Assembly: GCA_946414655.1 (NCBI GenBank)
Contig: CAMKPL010000002.1
Coordinates: forward strand, 133,765-197,764
Direction: 5' to 3'
DNA from: an uncultured Bacillales bacterium
Lineage (GTDB): Bacteria > Bacillota_I > Bacilli_A > RFN20 > CAG-826
DNA length: 64,000 bases
How positions within the stretch are numbered: the stretch's first letter is position 1; every line of letters starts with the position of its first letter. The translations under genes and the position numbers were made by a program. The notes beneath the pieces were generated by a model, which was not told the origin of the DNA, searched no databases, and worked only from the letters and a program-made list of their open reading frames with translations. This document shows, piece by piece, positions 1-10,269 of the stretch.

Positions 1-2174
1 GCTATGTTTTAGCAGGAATTTTAAATAGCGCACTAACAATCATTGGGACATCCATTGTTTGTTGGATTCTCTTTGTTGTTGGCGTTGTTTTAATCTTTAA
101 TAAGCAAGTTGTTTTACTCTTTAAAATGATTAAAAACCGAAAGAATAAAACTCCTAAACGAGAAGTTCGTTCTGAAGTAGCTGTGATCGAAGAAATTGAG
201 ACACCTGTTAATGAAGAATCTTCAGGAACTAATTTAGAAGATAAAAGTGATGAAGATCAAGCAGCACTTCGTTCAATGGTGATGCATAGTTTTAACAATA
301 CACATGGATTCCAAAAAGCAACATTTAACTTTGCTGAAGAAAAAGAGACTGAAACCAAGTTTGAACAACATTCATTCCAAGCCAGTCAATTCAATCCAGA
401 ACAACCTGTGTTTAATCAACAAGTTGAGACCGAACAAGTTCCAAGCGAACCTGTTGAAAGTGAATATGCATTTTCTGCTGAAAATGAAGAACCACAAGTT
501 GAAGAAGAAACTGTTGTTGAAAAGACACCACTTGCTCCAGCTGAACCAGTGGAAGAAGTTGTGAGTGATCCATATCATCGTCCGCAACCAAAAGCGGTGA
601 TTCAAAAACCATATATTTACCCAGAAAAATCACTTTTAACTCCGCATGAATCAGCAGATGATATTTCGAAAAATGATGAATCGTGCGCTTCGCGTACTGA
701 TTTAATGAATCAAGTCTTTTCTGACCTAGGGATTGGCGCCAAAATCGTTGGACACACAATCGGACCTTCGGTCACTCGTTTTGATGTCGCAATGAATGCT
801 AATGTTTCGGTTTCCACAATGCTAAGATATGTTGATGATATTTCCATTCGTCTTGGCGGTGTTCCATGCCGTTTCGAGAGAATTGTTTTTGGTAAACCAA
901 CTTCTGGTTTAGAAATCCCAAATGCCGTTCGTACAAATGTCGGTTTATTCGAATCCATCAATGTTATGGAAGAGAAGAAGTGTAAACCAATGGAAATTAT
1001 TTTTGGCAAGAACATTTCTGGCGAATTAATTACGGCTGATTTAACAAAATTCCCACACATGTTAGTCGCTGGTACAACCGGTTCTGGTAAATCAATCTTT
1101 ATGCATGCAACGATTTTATCGTTGATTATGCGTAATTCACCAGAACATTTAAAGCTCATGCTTGTTGATCCAAAGAAGGTTGAAATGAGCTATTACAAAG
1201 AGATTCCACATCTCCTTTGTCCAAATATTTCTGATCCACAAAAAGCCTATTTTGCTTTCAAAAAACTCGTTATTGAAATGGAACGTCGTTATAACCTTTT
1301 TGAGGCTTCGGGCGTTCGTGATATTGGCGAATTTAATGATTATGCTAAAGCAAATGCCATTCAACCACTCCCATTTATTTGTGTCTTTATTGATGAATAC
1401 GCAGACTTAAGTGAAGCTTGTAAGGATATTCGTACACCAGTTGTTCGTATCGCTCAAAAAGCACGCAGTGCTGGTATCCATTTAGTTATTGCAACCCAAC
1501 GCCCAAGCGTAAATGTTATTGATGGCGTAATTAAGGCCAACGTGCCTGTTCACGTGGCATTAATGACATCAAGTGCTACTGACTCGATAACAATTATTGG
1601 TGAAGGTGGCGCGGAGCAACTTCTTGGAAACGGCGATATGCTCGTTGAATGTTCTCTTATTTCTCGTAGCAACAAACCACGTGTCCAAGGTTGCTTTGTT
1701 TCTAGTAGCGAAATTCATAATGTCTGTAACTACATTCGTAGTGAAAATAAACCACAATATGATCCGTTCTTTATGGATCTAGAAAAAGATCCAGATGAAC
1801 CAGTCGGTGGCATCTCTAAATCAAACGAACCAGAGGTGACAAAAGTTGATAAAAACCTTGAAGAAGAAAAGCTTTACGAAATCATTAAAGAAGATATTTC
1901 TTCTCGTGAATATTGTTCCATCTCATTTTTAACGAGAAGTTATGGAATTGGTTTCCCAAAAGCTGGACGTCTTTTCAATAAACTTGTTTGTGATGGATAT
2001 GTTGCTGACAAGGGTGATGCTCGTGGTTCAAAAGTCTTAATTCATACTGTTTCTCAGCCACAACAAAACGGTTCAATTGAGCAATCTGAATTTATTCCAA
2101 ATGATCAACTTGAAGAATCTAGTGATGATTCAAGTTTTAGCCATGATACTGAAGTCGATCCAGTAGATGAATAG
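1..2174 (+). CDS. ftsK: DNA translocase FtsK/SpoIIIE, 5'-truncated by the window edge. The ORF is open and in-frame from position 3 and encodes a TM helix before the first listed Met.
   Basis: Walker A 'GTTGSGKS'. RecA-like motor motifs. C-terminal winged-helix gamma domain 'SISFLTRSYGIGFPKAGRLFNKL'. The upstream in-frame translation 'YVLAGILNSALTIIGTSIVCWILFVVGVVLIF' is a TM segment. Confidence 0.9.
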   Translation, partial: YVLAGILNSALTIIGTSIVCWILFVVGVVLIFNKQVVLLFKMIKNRKNKTPKREVRSEVAVIEEIETPVNEESSGTNLEDKSDEDQAALRSMVMHSFNNTHGFQKATFNFAEEKETETKFEQHSFQASQFNPEQPVFNQQVETEQVPSEPVESEYAFSAENEEPQVEEETVVEKTPLAPAEPVEEVVSDPYHRPQPKAVIQKPYIYPEKSLLTPHESADDISKNDESCASRTDLMNQVFSDLGIGAKIVGHTIGPSVTRFDVAMNANVSVSTMLRYVDDISIRLGGVPCRFERIVFGKPTSGLEIPNAVRTNVGLFESINVMEEKKCKPMEIIFGKNISGELITADLTKFPHMLVAGTTGSGKSIFMHATILSLIMRNSPEHLKLMLVDPKKVEMSYYKEIPHLLCPNISDPQKAYFAFKKLVIEMERRYNLFEASGVRDIGEFNDYAKANAIQPLPFICVFIDEYADLSEACKDIRTPVVRIAQKARSAGIHLVIATQRPSVNVIDGVIKANVPVHVALMTSSATDSITIIGEGGAEQLLGNGDMLVECSLISRSNKPRVQGCFVSSSEIHNVCNYIRSENKPQYDPFFMDLEKDPDEPVGGISKSNEPEVTKVDKNLEEEKLYEIIKEDISSREYCSISFLTRSYGIGFPKAGRLFNKLVCDGYVADKGDARGSKVLIHTVSQPQQNGSIEQSEFIPNDQLEESSDDSSFSHDTEVDPVDE

Positions 2175-4185
2175 TTATTTATCAAATTATCACGAAATAT
2201 GCATTCCTAACCACATCCTCGGATCTGGTTTTTCTCTTTTTATTAATAACGAAGAAAGAGAATGTCAATTTGTCAGTAATACTGACAAGGTTTTATATTA
2301 TAACATTTCAGGAAATGATGAAATTCTTGATAAAGAAATCATTTTAAAATATGGTGATCAACAAGAGCATGTCGATGTGACAAAACTTGCTCTTTTATTG
2401 GACTTTGATGATATCTACGCTACTGATATTGAGCTTGGACCAATCTGTCATGATGATTACACGATCTTTCGATTATGGGCTCCGTTTGCTTCAAGTGTCG
2501 TTTTATCTATAGATAACGCCTCATATAAACTTCAGCGTTTAGACCGTGGTGTATATGAAATTCGTGTTGATGGTGATTTAGATGGTCATCTTTATCAATA
2601 TGAAGTAACCGTGAATGGTCAAAAACACGTCGTAACCGACCCATACGCGAAATCAAGTAATGCCAACGGAAAAGAGTCTGCCGTAATTAATCTATCTCGC
2701 TTAATGCGTTCATTTAAAAATGTCGTCGTGGAAAAGACATATAGCAAACTTAAAAGCAGTATCTATGAATTACATGTCCGTGACTTCACGATTCAACAAA
2801 CAACCAACATTGTTCATAAAGGAAAATATTTAGGTTTAACCGAGGAAAATCGCGTTACAAAACAGAATCATCATTGTGGTTTAGATTATTTAAAGTTCCT
2901 TCACGTGAGTCATGTTCAACTTCTTCCGGTGCTAGATTTTGAAACAGTGGATGAAATTAAAGGTGGTTATAACTGGGGTTATGACCCAGTATCTTTCTTT
3001 ACTTTAGAAGGAAGCTATTCCTTAGATCCAAATAATCCGTTTTCAAGAATGGTGGAGTTCCGTGAACTTGTTGATTCGTTACATAAAGCAGGATTGAGAG
3101 TTAATCTCGATGTGGTTTATAACCACATTTACAATGGGGCGAGACAAAATCTAAATGTTATTACTCCACATTACTTCTTAAGAGAAGAAAATGGAAAACT
3201 TGCTAATCATTCTTGGTGCGGATGTGATTTTGCTAGCGAGAGAAAAATGGCTCGTCGGCTAATTAAAGAATCGATCGATTTCTTAATGAAAACTTATGAT
3301 GTTGATGGCTTCCGCTTTGATCTTATGGGTCTAATTGATTTAGAGACAATGAAAGAAGTGACAAATCTCATTTTATCTAACAAAAAAGAAGCCCTTGTTT
3401 ACGGTGAAGGTTGGGATATGAACGCCATCACTTTTAAAGATGAAAAACTCGCCACAATCAAAAATAGCCACGAATTGCCTGACGTTTCGTTCTTTAATGA
3501 CACATATCGTGACATTATGAGAGGCCATGGTGGACACGCTAAACTCGACGATAACGGATTTCTTTTGGGTAACACATCGTATGTCGAAGGTTTTAAATTT
3601 GCTTATCTTGGATCATCAAAAAACTTAACATATCCAAAGCTTTTTGATAACCCAAGTCAATCTATCAACTATGTTGAGTGCCATGATAACGCAACGCTTT
3701 ATGACGTTATAAATGAATCAACCGAAGATATTGATGTTTTAAGAATGGTGAAACTATTTAATAAAGTTATCATGTGTTCGGTTGGTATCCCATTTATTCA
3801 TATGGGACAAGAAATCGGTTTAACCAAGCACAACCAAAGAAATACATATAATTTAGGTGATTATTATAATCAAATGGATTATGACATTTTGGATGAACGC
3901 TATGACATGGCACAGTCATTTAGACACTATAACCTCGCTCGTCAGCATGCTGATTTTTTAGATAATCTAGATTTAAACAATGTTAGTTTTACGTCTCCTA
4001 AAGAAGGTGTGCTAATCGCGACCTGGAATGGGGAAAGAAAATATAAATATTGTTTCAATGTAACGAAACAAGAATTTGCCTTGCCAAATAGTGAAAGTTT
4101 CTATAATTATTCAAAGAATAATAATCGAGTAGAAGAAACAATTTATCTTCCACCTTTCCGTTGTACTTATTTATTAAAGGATTAA
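2167..4185 (+). CDS. Type I pullulanase / alpha-1,6-glucosidase (GH13), cytoplasmic with no signal peptide.
   Basis: GH13 conserved regions I-IV: 'YNWGYDP', 'GFRFDLMG', 'GEGWD', 'YVECHDN'. Overlaps the ftsK stop by 8 nt. Confidence 0.8.
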   Translation: MNSYLSNYHEICIPNHILGSGFSLFINNEERECQFVSNTDKVLYYNISGNDEILDKEIILKYGDQQEHVDVTKLALLLDFDDIYATDIELGPICHDDYTIFRLWAPFASSVVLSIDNASYKLQRLDRGVYEIRVDGDLDGHLYQYEVTVNGQKHVVTDPYAKSSNANGKESAVINLSRLMRSFKNVVVEKTYSKLKSSIYELHVRDFTIQQTTNIVHKGKYLGLTEENRVTKQNHHCGLDYLKFLHVSHVQLLPVLDFETVDEIKGGYNWGYDPVSFFTLEGSYSLDPNNPFSRMVEFRELVDSLHKAGLRVNLDVVYNHIYNGARQNLNVITPHYFLREENGKLANHSWCGCDFASERKMARRLIKESIDFLMKTYDVDGFRFDLMGLIDLETMKEVTNLILSNKKEALVYGEGWDMNAITFKDEKLATIKNSHELPDVSFFNDTYRDIMRGHGGHAKLDDNGFLLGNTSYVEGFKFAYLGSSKNLTYPKLFDNPSQSINYVECHDNATLYDVINESTEDIDVLRMVKLFNKVIMCSVGIPFIHMGQEIGLTKHNQRNTYNLGDYYNQMDYDILDERYDMAQSFRHYNLARQHADFLDNLDLNNVSFTSPKEGVLIATWNGERKYKYCFNVTKQEFALPNSESFYNYSKNNNRVEETIYLPPFRCTYLLKD

Positions 4186-4194
4186 AATGTTGTT

Positions 4195-5016
4195 ATGAGA
4201 AAATTCTTTATTTACTTAAAAGTTGTCTTCATGTGTGGCCCAGTTATTCTTTTTAATTTATTTCGTTATTTAAAATACACTCGTCATCCAGAGAAATATC
4301 CTTTTGAAAAAAGATATGCCATGGTGCGTAAGGAAATCAACTTTGTTTTACGCCGCTTCCATATCGATGTTCAAGCTCAAGGCTACGAAACACTTAGCAA
4401 AGCTAAAAAACCTTGCTTAGTCATTTCAAACCACTATAGTTTAATGGACCCAGTCATGCTCATTGCTAGTAGTGAACGTCCAATTACTTTCTTATCAAAG
4501 AAAGAAAATTTAAAGATGCCATTTGTTGGTCAAATCTTAAAGATGCTCCAAGTGTTTACGATTGACCGTAAAAACGTTCTTTCTCAAGTTCGTACATTGC
4601 AACAAATCGGCGAATATCTAAAAGATGAAACCAAACCACACGTTGTCATTTTTATTGAAGGTACCAGAAACAAAAAACCAGAAGGCGATCTTCTTGAATT
4701 CCATCCTGGAACATTAAAAATTGCCTATAAGGCAAATTGTAATATTGTTCCAGCAACAATGTATGGAACATTCCGTATCTTAAAGCTTAATTCGTATCTT
4801 AAAAAATATCCATTCTGGTGGAAGATTAATGGTCCAATCACACCAGAGATGTTTGCTAATAAGAGCACGATTGATTTAGCTGCTGAAATTAGACAAAAAA
4901 TGACCGAACAAGTCGATCAATTGCGAGTTTTAGATCAGAAATATATCTACGAAGAGAAAGTTAGTGTCAAACGCAAAGCGTTAGAAACTGTCGTCGATCT
5001 TCGCGTTAATGCGTAA
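4195..5016 (+). CDS. plsC: 1-acyl-sn-glycerol-3-phosphate acyltransferase (PlsC family)
   Basis: 'NHYSLMDP' HxxxxD acyltransferase motif, 'FIEGTRN' motif, N-terminal TM helix. Confidence 0.75.
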   Translation: MRKFFIYLKVVFMCGPVILFNLFRYLKYTRHPEKYPFEKRYAMVRKEINFVLRRFHIDVQAQGYETLSKAKKPCLVISNHYSLMDPVMLIASSERPITFLSKKENLKMPFVGQILKMLQVFTIDRKNVLSQVRTLQQIGEYLKDETKPHVVIFIEGTRNKKPEGDLLEFHPGTLKIAYKANCNIVPATMYGTFRILKLNSYLKKYPFWWKINGPITPEMFANKSTIDLAAEIRQKMTEQVDQLRVLDQKYIYEEKVSVKRKALETVVDLRVNA

Positions 5017-6285
5017 TCCCTTCGGATATAAGTTCTTTAGAACTCCATTTACGGAATGAACGCATCCAAGATTCATTCCTAGATACGAAACGAAATAATA
5101 GCCCTCTGGGTTATTTTTTCTAATTTGATTTCCGCTTAGGTATTGGACAACTTCCTCTCGAGTAAGTTCGATGCTATTTCTGGCTGAGACGGCATGAGAG
5201 AAGTGGTGGGAAGGAATCTCTTTGTTATTAATAATTGACTTTGTTAGTAATCCTGGACGAATAGATAATTCAATCAGGCGTTCATCAATCTTATTTTTTA
5301 AATGAAAAACTTGCGTTTCTTTGGAGTTTCCTTTGGTTTGAACAACACGTTTGATGTCAATTTCTTCGACCCGATTTTCACTTAAAATTCCTGGTTTTGT
5401 AATTAAGGCAATGTAGTGTCCCTCCCCAGGAAACATGTTTGGAAAAAAGTGTATGGTTTCCGGATATTTTTTTGAGCGGAAATTGCCGGTGATTTCTGGA
5501 ATTCGTTTGAGTTTTGCTGGTGTTTTTTGAAGGAGATATTCGACGACTTCTTCGTCTTCTTCATATGAATATGAGCAGGTTGAATAAACGAGAGTTCCTC
5601 CTTCTTTTAACATGGAAAAGGCCATCAAAATTAGTTCCTTTTGAATGGCAGAATATTTTAAGACTTTTTCATAAGTCCAATCTTTTTTCATTTTCTCGTT
5701 TTTACGAAACATCCCCGATCCGCTACAAGGAGCATCAAGGATAATTGCGTCAAAATAATTCAGGTAATTCTGAGATATTTTTGAGAAGTCTAGTGATGTT
5801 ACAACAACATTATCAAGACCCATTCTTTCAACGTTTTGAAGAAGAGTTAATGCTCTTGGTTTTGATAAATCGTTTGAAACTAGAATCCCGTTTTGATTGA
5901 GTCTTAATGAAGCTTGAACAGTTTTTCCTCCTGGTGCCGCACAAAGATCAAGAATCCTTTCATTTCCTTGTAAAGGAAGAAGGGAAGCAACAATAGCGGC
6001 GCTAGGATCTTGAATATAATACGCGCCTTGTTCGTGATAAATCATTTTTCCTAAGTCATATTTACTTTGGTCATACAAGAAGGCATGTTCTACGAACGGA
6101 TGTCTTCTAAGACGAGGAAAAAGATTAATGAAAGCCTCATCGCTCATTTTCTTAAAGTTTAAATAAACGCCTTTGTGCTCCTTTTCATCGAAAGATGAAA
6201 TAAGACCAGAAATTTCACTTTCTGTTAAATACTTTTTTAAGTGGTTAGTAAAATCCATATCTTTATTATTAAATAAAACAAACAC
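4981..6285 (-). CDS. rRNA cytosine-C5 methyltransferase, RsmB/RsmF (NOL1/NOP2/Sun) family. Start may be the internal Met at about 6258.
   Basis: SAM-binding motif 'DLCAAPGGKT', catalytic 'DAPCSGSGMFRK', C-terminal PUA-like region. The 3' ends overlap plsC by 36 nt (convergent). Confidence 0.75.
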   Translation of the reverse strand: MFVLFNNKDMDFTNHLKKYLTESEISGLISSFDEKEHKGVYLNFKKMSDEAFINLFPRLRRHPFVEHAFLYDQSKYDLGKMIYHEQGAYYIQDPSAAIVASLLPLQGNERILDLCAAPGGKTVQASLRLNQNGILVSNDLSKPRALTLLQNVERMGLDNVVVTSLDFSKISQNYLNYFDAIILDAPCSGSGMFRKNEKMKKDWTYEKVLKYSAIQKELILMAFSMLKEGGTLVYSTCSYSYEEDEEVVEYLLQKTPAKLKRIPEITGNFRSKKYPETIHFFPNMFPGEGHYIALITKPGILSENRVEEIDIKRVVQTKGNSKETQVFHLKNKIDERLIELSIRPGLLTKSIINNKEIPSHHFSHAVSARNSIELTREEVVQYLSGNQIRKNNPEGYYFVSYLGMNLGCVHSVNGVLKNLYPKGLRINAKIDDSF

Positions 6286-6356
6286 AATTACGAGTTTTAA
6301 AAATTGTTATTATAATTCATACTAATTTGGTATGATTATAATGAGGTTTTATTTTT

Positions 6357-7658
6357 ATGAGAATGGTAGATATTATTACAAAAAAACGTGATGGTAAGGA
6401 ATTAACCGACCAAGAAATCACGTTCTTTGTTGACGGATATGTCGCTGGTAGAATTCCAGACTATCAAGTTTCCGCACTTTTAATGGCCATCGTCTTTAAA
6501 GGCATGACCAACCGTGAAATCGTCACTTTAACTGACCGTATGGAACATAGTGGCGATGTTATGGATTTAAGTGATATTAAGGGAGTAAAAGTTGATAAAC
6601 ACTCCACAGGTGGTGTTGGAGATAAAACTACCTTGGCCCTTGGGCCAATGGTTGCCGCTTGTGGTGCTGTTTTAGCTAAAATGAGCGGTCGTGGTTTAGG
6701 TCACACCGGTGGAACACTTGATAAACTTGAATCAATTCCGGGTATGAATGTGTTTGTTTCTGATGAACAATTTAGAAAACAAGTTGCTGAAATTGGATGC
6801 GCAGTTGTCGGACAAACCGGACAACTCGTTCCAGCTGATAAAAAGTTATACGCCCTTCGTGACGTTACTGGTACAGTTGAGTCAATGCCTTTAATTGCTT
6901 CTTCGGTTATGTCAAAGAAGCTTGCTAGTGGATCAGACTGTATTTTACTCGATGTGAAGTTTGGTAATGGCGCTTTCATGAAGAATATTGAAGCTGCTAA
7001 AGAACTTGCTATTGTGATGTGCAAGATTGGTAATGCACTAGGACGTGATACTCGCGCAGTCTTAACTGATATGGAACAACCATTAGGCTTTGCCGTAGGC
7101 AATGCCTTAGAAGTTAAAGAAGCAATTGCTACCTTACATGGACACGGTCCAAAAGATTTTACTGAATTATGCTTACGTTCAGGCGCAATCATGCTTGAGC
7201 AAGCCAAGATTGCTAAATCAGAAGAAGAAGCCATGAAAATGCTCAAGAAAGTTATTGCTGATGGCAGTGCTTTTGAAAAATTCCGTCAAATGGTTATCGC
7301 CCAAGGTGGTGATGTTTCCTATATCGATCATCCAGAAAAATTCCCAGAATCCAAATATGTCGTTGAAGTCAAAGCGGCTAAAGATGGTTATATTAAGCGC
7401 ATTGTTGCCCTTGAAATCGGCGAAAGCGCTATGCGCTTAGGCGCCGGTAGAGAAACATTTGATGATGTCATTGATATGTCTGCTGGTATTGTCTTAAGTA
7501 AGAAGGTTGGAGACAAGGTCAAGAAGGGTGATGTTCTTTGCACAGTTCACACCAATGTTGAAGATCATGCTCAAATTCTTAAGGATATTGAAGAAGCTTT
7601 CCATATTGTTGATGAATTTGTCGCTGTTCCTCCAACTGTTCACGATTACATTCATTAA
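6357..7658 (+). CDS. pdp: Pyrimidine-nucleoside phosphorylase
   Basis: 'DKHSTGGVGDKTTL' phosphate-binding motif and 'SGRGLGHTGGTLDKLESIPG'. Length 433 aa is typical of Pdp/DeoA. Confidence 0.85.
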   Translation: MRMVDIITKKRDGKELTDQEITFFVDGYVAGRIPDYQVSALLMAIVFKGMTNREIVTLTDRMEHSGDVMDLSDIKGVKVDKHSTGGVGDKTTLALGPMVAACGAVLAKMSGRGLGHTGGTLDKLESIPGMNVFVSDEQFRKQVAEIGCAVVGQTGQLVPADKKLYALRDVTGTVESMPLIASSVMSKKLASGSDCILLDVKFGNGAFMKNIEAAKELAIVMCKIGNALGRDTRAVLTDMEQPLGFAVGNALEVKEAIATLHGHGPKDFTELCLRSGAIMLEQAKIAKSEEEAMKMLKKVIADGSAFEKFRQMVIAQGGDVSYIDHPEKFPESKYVVEVKAAKDGYIKRIVALEIGESAMRLGAGRETFDDVIDMSAGIVLSKKVGDKVKKGDVLCTVHTNVEDHAQILKDIEEAFHIVDEFVAVPPTVHDYIH

Positions 7659-7660
7659 TA

Positions 7661-8110
7661 ATGAAAATTGTTATTCAAAATGTAACAAGAGCCTCATGTG
7701 AGGTTGATAAAAAAATCGTGGGAAGTATTTCCCGCGGTTTTTGTCTATTTGTTGGTTTTACCAATGGAGATAATAAAGAGCTCGTTGAAAAGATGAGTAA
7801 TAAACTTCTTTCGTTACGTTTGTTTGATGACAAAAATGGTAAGACAAATCTTTCTTTGAAAGATATTAACGGAGAAATCCTCTCGATTTCGCAGTTTACT
7901 TTGTATGCATCGGTTAAAGATGGACGTCGTCCAAGCTTTGTTAATGCTCTTAATCCAAATGAAGCTAGTGAATTATACGATTACTTTAATCAATGTCTAA
8001 AAGATGCTGGATATAAAGTAGAAACTGGTATTTTTGGTGCAATGATGAAAATTGATTTAGTCAATGATGGCCCATTTACAACCATCCTTGATTCAAAGGA
8101 GCTTTTCTAA
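7661..8110 (+). CDS. dtd: D-aminoacyl-tRNA deacylase
   Basis: 149 aa. 'SQFTLYA' and the C-terminal 'NDGPFT' motif are characteristic of Dtd. Confidence 0.85.
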   Translation: MKIVIQNVTRASCEVDKKIVGSISRGFCLFVGFTNGDNKELVEKMSNKLLSLRLFDDKNGKTNLSLKDINGEILSISQFTLYASVKDGRRPSFVNALNPNEASELYDYFNQCLKDAGYKVETGIFGAMMKIDLVNDGPFTTILDSKELF

Positions 8111-9237
8111 TGAAAGTCATGCTTGGCTTAAGTGGTGGTGTTGACTCTGCCGTCGCCGCATACCTTCTAAAGAAGGAAGGCTATGATGTTGTCTGTTGTT
8201 TTATGCGTAATTGGGACGCTATGGCAAATGGAGATTACCTTGGTAATCCAACTGTAAATGATGATCAATGTCCACAAGAAAAAGACTATCAAGATGCCCA
8301 AAAAGTTGCCTCTAAACTTGGTATTCCACTCTTAAGAGTAGACTTTATTAAAGAATACTGGGATCATGTTTTCTCATTCTTCATTGAAGAATATGAACAC
8401 GGAAGAACACCGAACCCTGATATTTTGTGTAACAAATACATTAAGTTTGATGCCTTTTTAAAGTTTGCTAAGGAGCATGGCTGTGACATGATCGCAATGG
8501 GACACTATGCATCTAGAGAAGAAAAAGATGGTCATTTCTACTTAAAGAAATGCGCCGACACAAACAAAGATCAAACATATTTCTTATCCCAGATTAATGA
8601 AGAACAAATTCGTTCATGTCTATTTCCATTAGGAAACATCGACAAAACTGAAGTCAGACGAATCGCCCATGAATTACAACTCGATTCAGTGATGGATAAA
8701 AAAGACTCAACAGGAGTTTGTTTTATCGGAGAAAGAAACTTCCGTGAATTCTTAAAGAACTATATTCCTGCACAAAATGGCAATATCATTGATATTGATA
8801 CAGGAAAAATCATTGGAACACATCGCGGAGTTTACTATTACACGATTGGTCAACATAAAGGACTAGGAATCGGTGGTATTTCAGGCGAAACAGCGACAGG
8901 ATGGTTCATTGTTAAAAAGGATGCTAAGAAAAACATCCTTTATGTTACGCGTGGAGACGCACAACAATATTTAATGTCTAATAAGTGTGTTGTTCGTAAG
9001 CTGAATATTATTAATCCGAATGAGAAGTTCCCTCAAAAAGTCGGAGTAAAATTCCGTTATCGTCAACTAGATCATCCAGCAACAATAGATCTTAAAGAAG
9101 ATGCGATTATTTGTACATACGACTGCTATAAAGCAGTCACCCCTGGACAAGAAGCCGTTTTCTATAATAAAGACGGATTACTAATTGCCTCTGGAACAAT
9201 CGATGAAGTTTATCGAGATGATAAACGAATAGACTAA
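8110..9237 (+). CDS. mnmA: tRNA-specific 2-thiouridylase MnmA
   Basis: PP-loop 'GLSGGVDSAV', catalytic Cys residues, 'CNKYIKF' motif. Start overlaps the dtd stop (ATGA-type coupling). Confidence 0.9.
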   Translation: MKVMLGLSGGVDSAVAAYLLKKEGYDVVCCFMRNWDAMANGDYLGNPTVNDDQCPQEKDYQDAQKVASKLGIPLLRVDFIKEYWDHVFSFFIEEYEHGRTPNPDILCNKYIKFDAFLKFAKEHGCDMIAMGHYASREEKDGHFYLKKCADTNKDQTYFLSQINEEQIRSCLFPLGNIDKTEVRRIAHELQLDSVMDKKDSTGVCFIGERNFREFLKNYIPAQNGNIIDIDTGKIIGTHRGVYYYTIGQHKGLGIGGISGETATGWFIVKKDAKKNILYVTRGDAQQYLMSNKCVVRKLNIINPNEKFPQKVGVKFRYRQLDHPATIDLKEDAIICTYDCYKAVTPGQEAVFYNKDGLLIASGTIDEVYRDDKRID

Positions 9238-9242
9238 AAGAA

Positions 9243-9270
9243 AACACACCATAAGGTGTGTCTTTTCTTA
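9243..9270. terminator. Bidirectional rho-independent terminator between the convergent genes mnmA and the ABC ATPase.
   Basis: Hairpin ACACACC-ataa-GGTGTGT followed by CTTTTCTT. Confidence 0.5.
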
Positions 9271-10269
9271 TCTATTGATTGATTTAGCTTCTGCTTCATC
9301 AAACATATTGAGCAGATGTTCAACTGTGAGATTTTGTTTTTCTTTTCCGGAGATGTCGTGAATGATCTTTCCTTCATAGAACATGATTAAGCGGTCACCG
9401 TAAGTAATCGCATCACGCATGTTATGTGTGACCATGAGGGTGGTTAGTTTATTCTCACGGACAATCTTTTCTGTTAAGGCAAGAACCTTCTTGGCGGTTT
9501 TTGGATCAAGCGCTGCAGTGTGCTCATCAAGAAGAAGAATTTGTTTTGTGAGATCGTATTTACGAATCTTGGCATCAAATTCATCATATAAAGCACGCTT
9601 TTTGGCGCGTTTTTCTTTGCAAGAAAGTTTCTCCTTAGAAAGTTCTTTTAAAGCCTCTTTGTAGGCTTGTTTAGCATCATTATAAACTCTCGTCACTTCT
9701 TGTTTGGCTTTTTCTTTATCACCAATATAGAAAGTCGAATAATCTTTAATGATTTGTTTATGCGATGGTTCAGCTCTTAATGTTGCCATTAACAATGTTA
9801 ATGCTTGACGTTGTCCGCCAGAAAGAACACTTGTTTTAGTTGTTAAACGTGTTTCTAATCCAAGATTGAAACTCTTTAACATCTCAATGTATTTTTGTTT
9901 TTGTTCTTTGTTGATGTACCAACCTAAACCATTATGTCCGCCTTTACGTGAGGCAATCGCCATGTTTTCAATGACTTGCATTGATCCAGCAGTACCTTTG
10001 TTCGTGTCTTGGAAGACACGGGCGAAGTATTTAGCGCGTTTATTCTCTGGCATGTTGGTAATATCAACATCGTTAAGTAAAACAGCGCCTTGATCTGGAT
10101 TCATATTTCCAGTAAGAACATTTAATGTAGTTGATTTTCCGCTTCCGTTTCCACCAATAATAGTGACAAATTCGCCATCATTTATGGTGAAAGAAACATT
10201 GTTTAAAGCAACTTTTTCATCAGCTGTTCCTTTGTAGAAGACTTTTGTAACGTTTTTAAAAGATAACAT
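9268..10269 (-). CDS. ABC transporter ATP-binding protein, COG1101-like. It carries an about 78-aa Lys/Glu-rich insert between the signature motif and Walker B.
   Basis: Walker A 'GGNGSGKST', signature 'LSGGQRQ', Walker B 'ILLLDEHTAALD', H-loop 'THNM'. Insert is 'RAEPSHKQ...KIRKYDLTKQ'. Confidence 0.8.
   Translation of the reverse strand: MLSFKNVTKVFYKGTADEKVALNNVSFTINDGEFVTIIGGNGSGKSTTLNVLTGNMNPDQGAVLLNDVDITNMPENKRAKYFARVFQDTNKGTAGSMQVIENMAIASRKGGHNGLGWYINKEQKQKYIEMLKSFNLGLETRLTTKTSVLSGGQRQALTLLMATLRAEPSHKQIIKDYSTFYIGDKEKAKQEVTRVYNDAKQAYKEALKELSKEKLSCKEKRAKKRALYDEFDAKIRKYDLTKQILLLDEHTAALDPKTAKKVLALTEKIVRENKLTTLMVTHNMRDAITYGDRLIMFYEGKIIHDISGKEKQNLTVEHLLNMFDEAEAKSINR

Noticed and set aside
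304-1364. Multiple 60-150-aa ORFs on both strands inside ftsK (304-564 +, 372-605 -, 412-759 -, 710-1159 -, 1149-1364 -).
   Set aside because: They are fully embedded in a well-supported FtsK reading frame. They have low-complexity or odd composition, no RBS and no recognisable domains. They are frame artefacts.
6701-7246. 181-aa antisense ORF inside pdp.
   Set aside because: It overlaps a strongly conserved pyrimidine-nucleoside phosphorylase frame. Its Ser/Ala/Pro-rich mirror-translation is typical of antisense artefacts.
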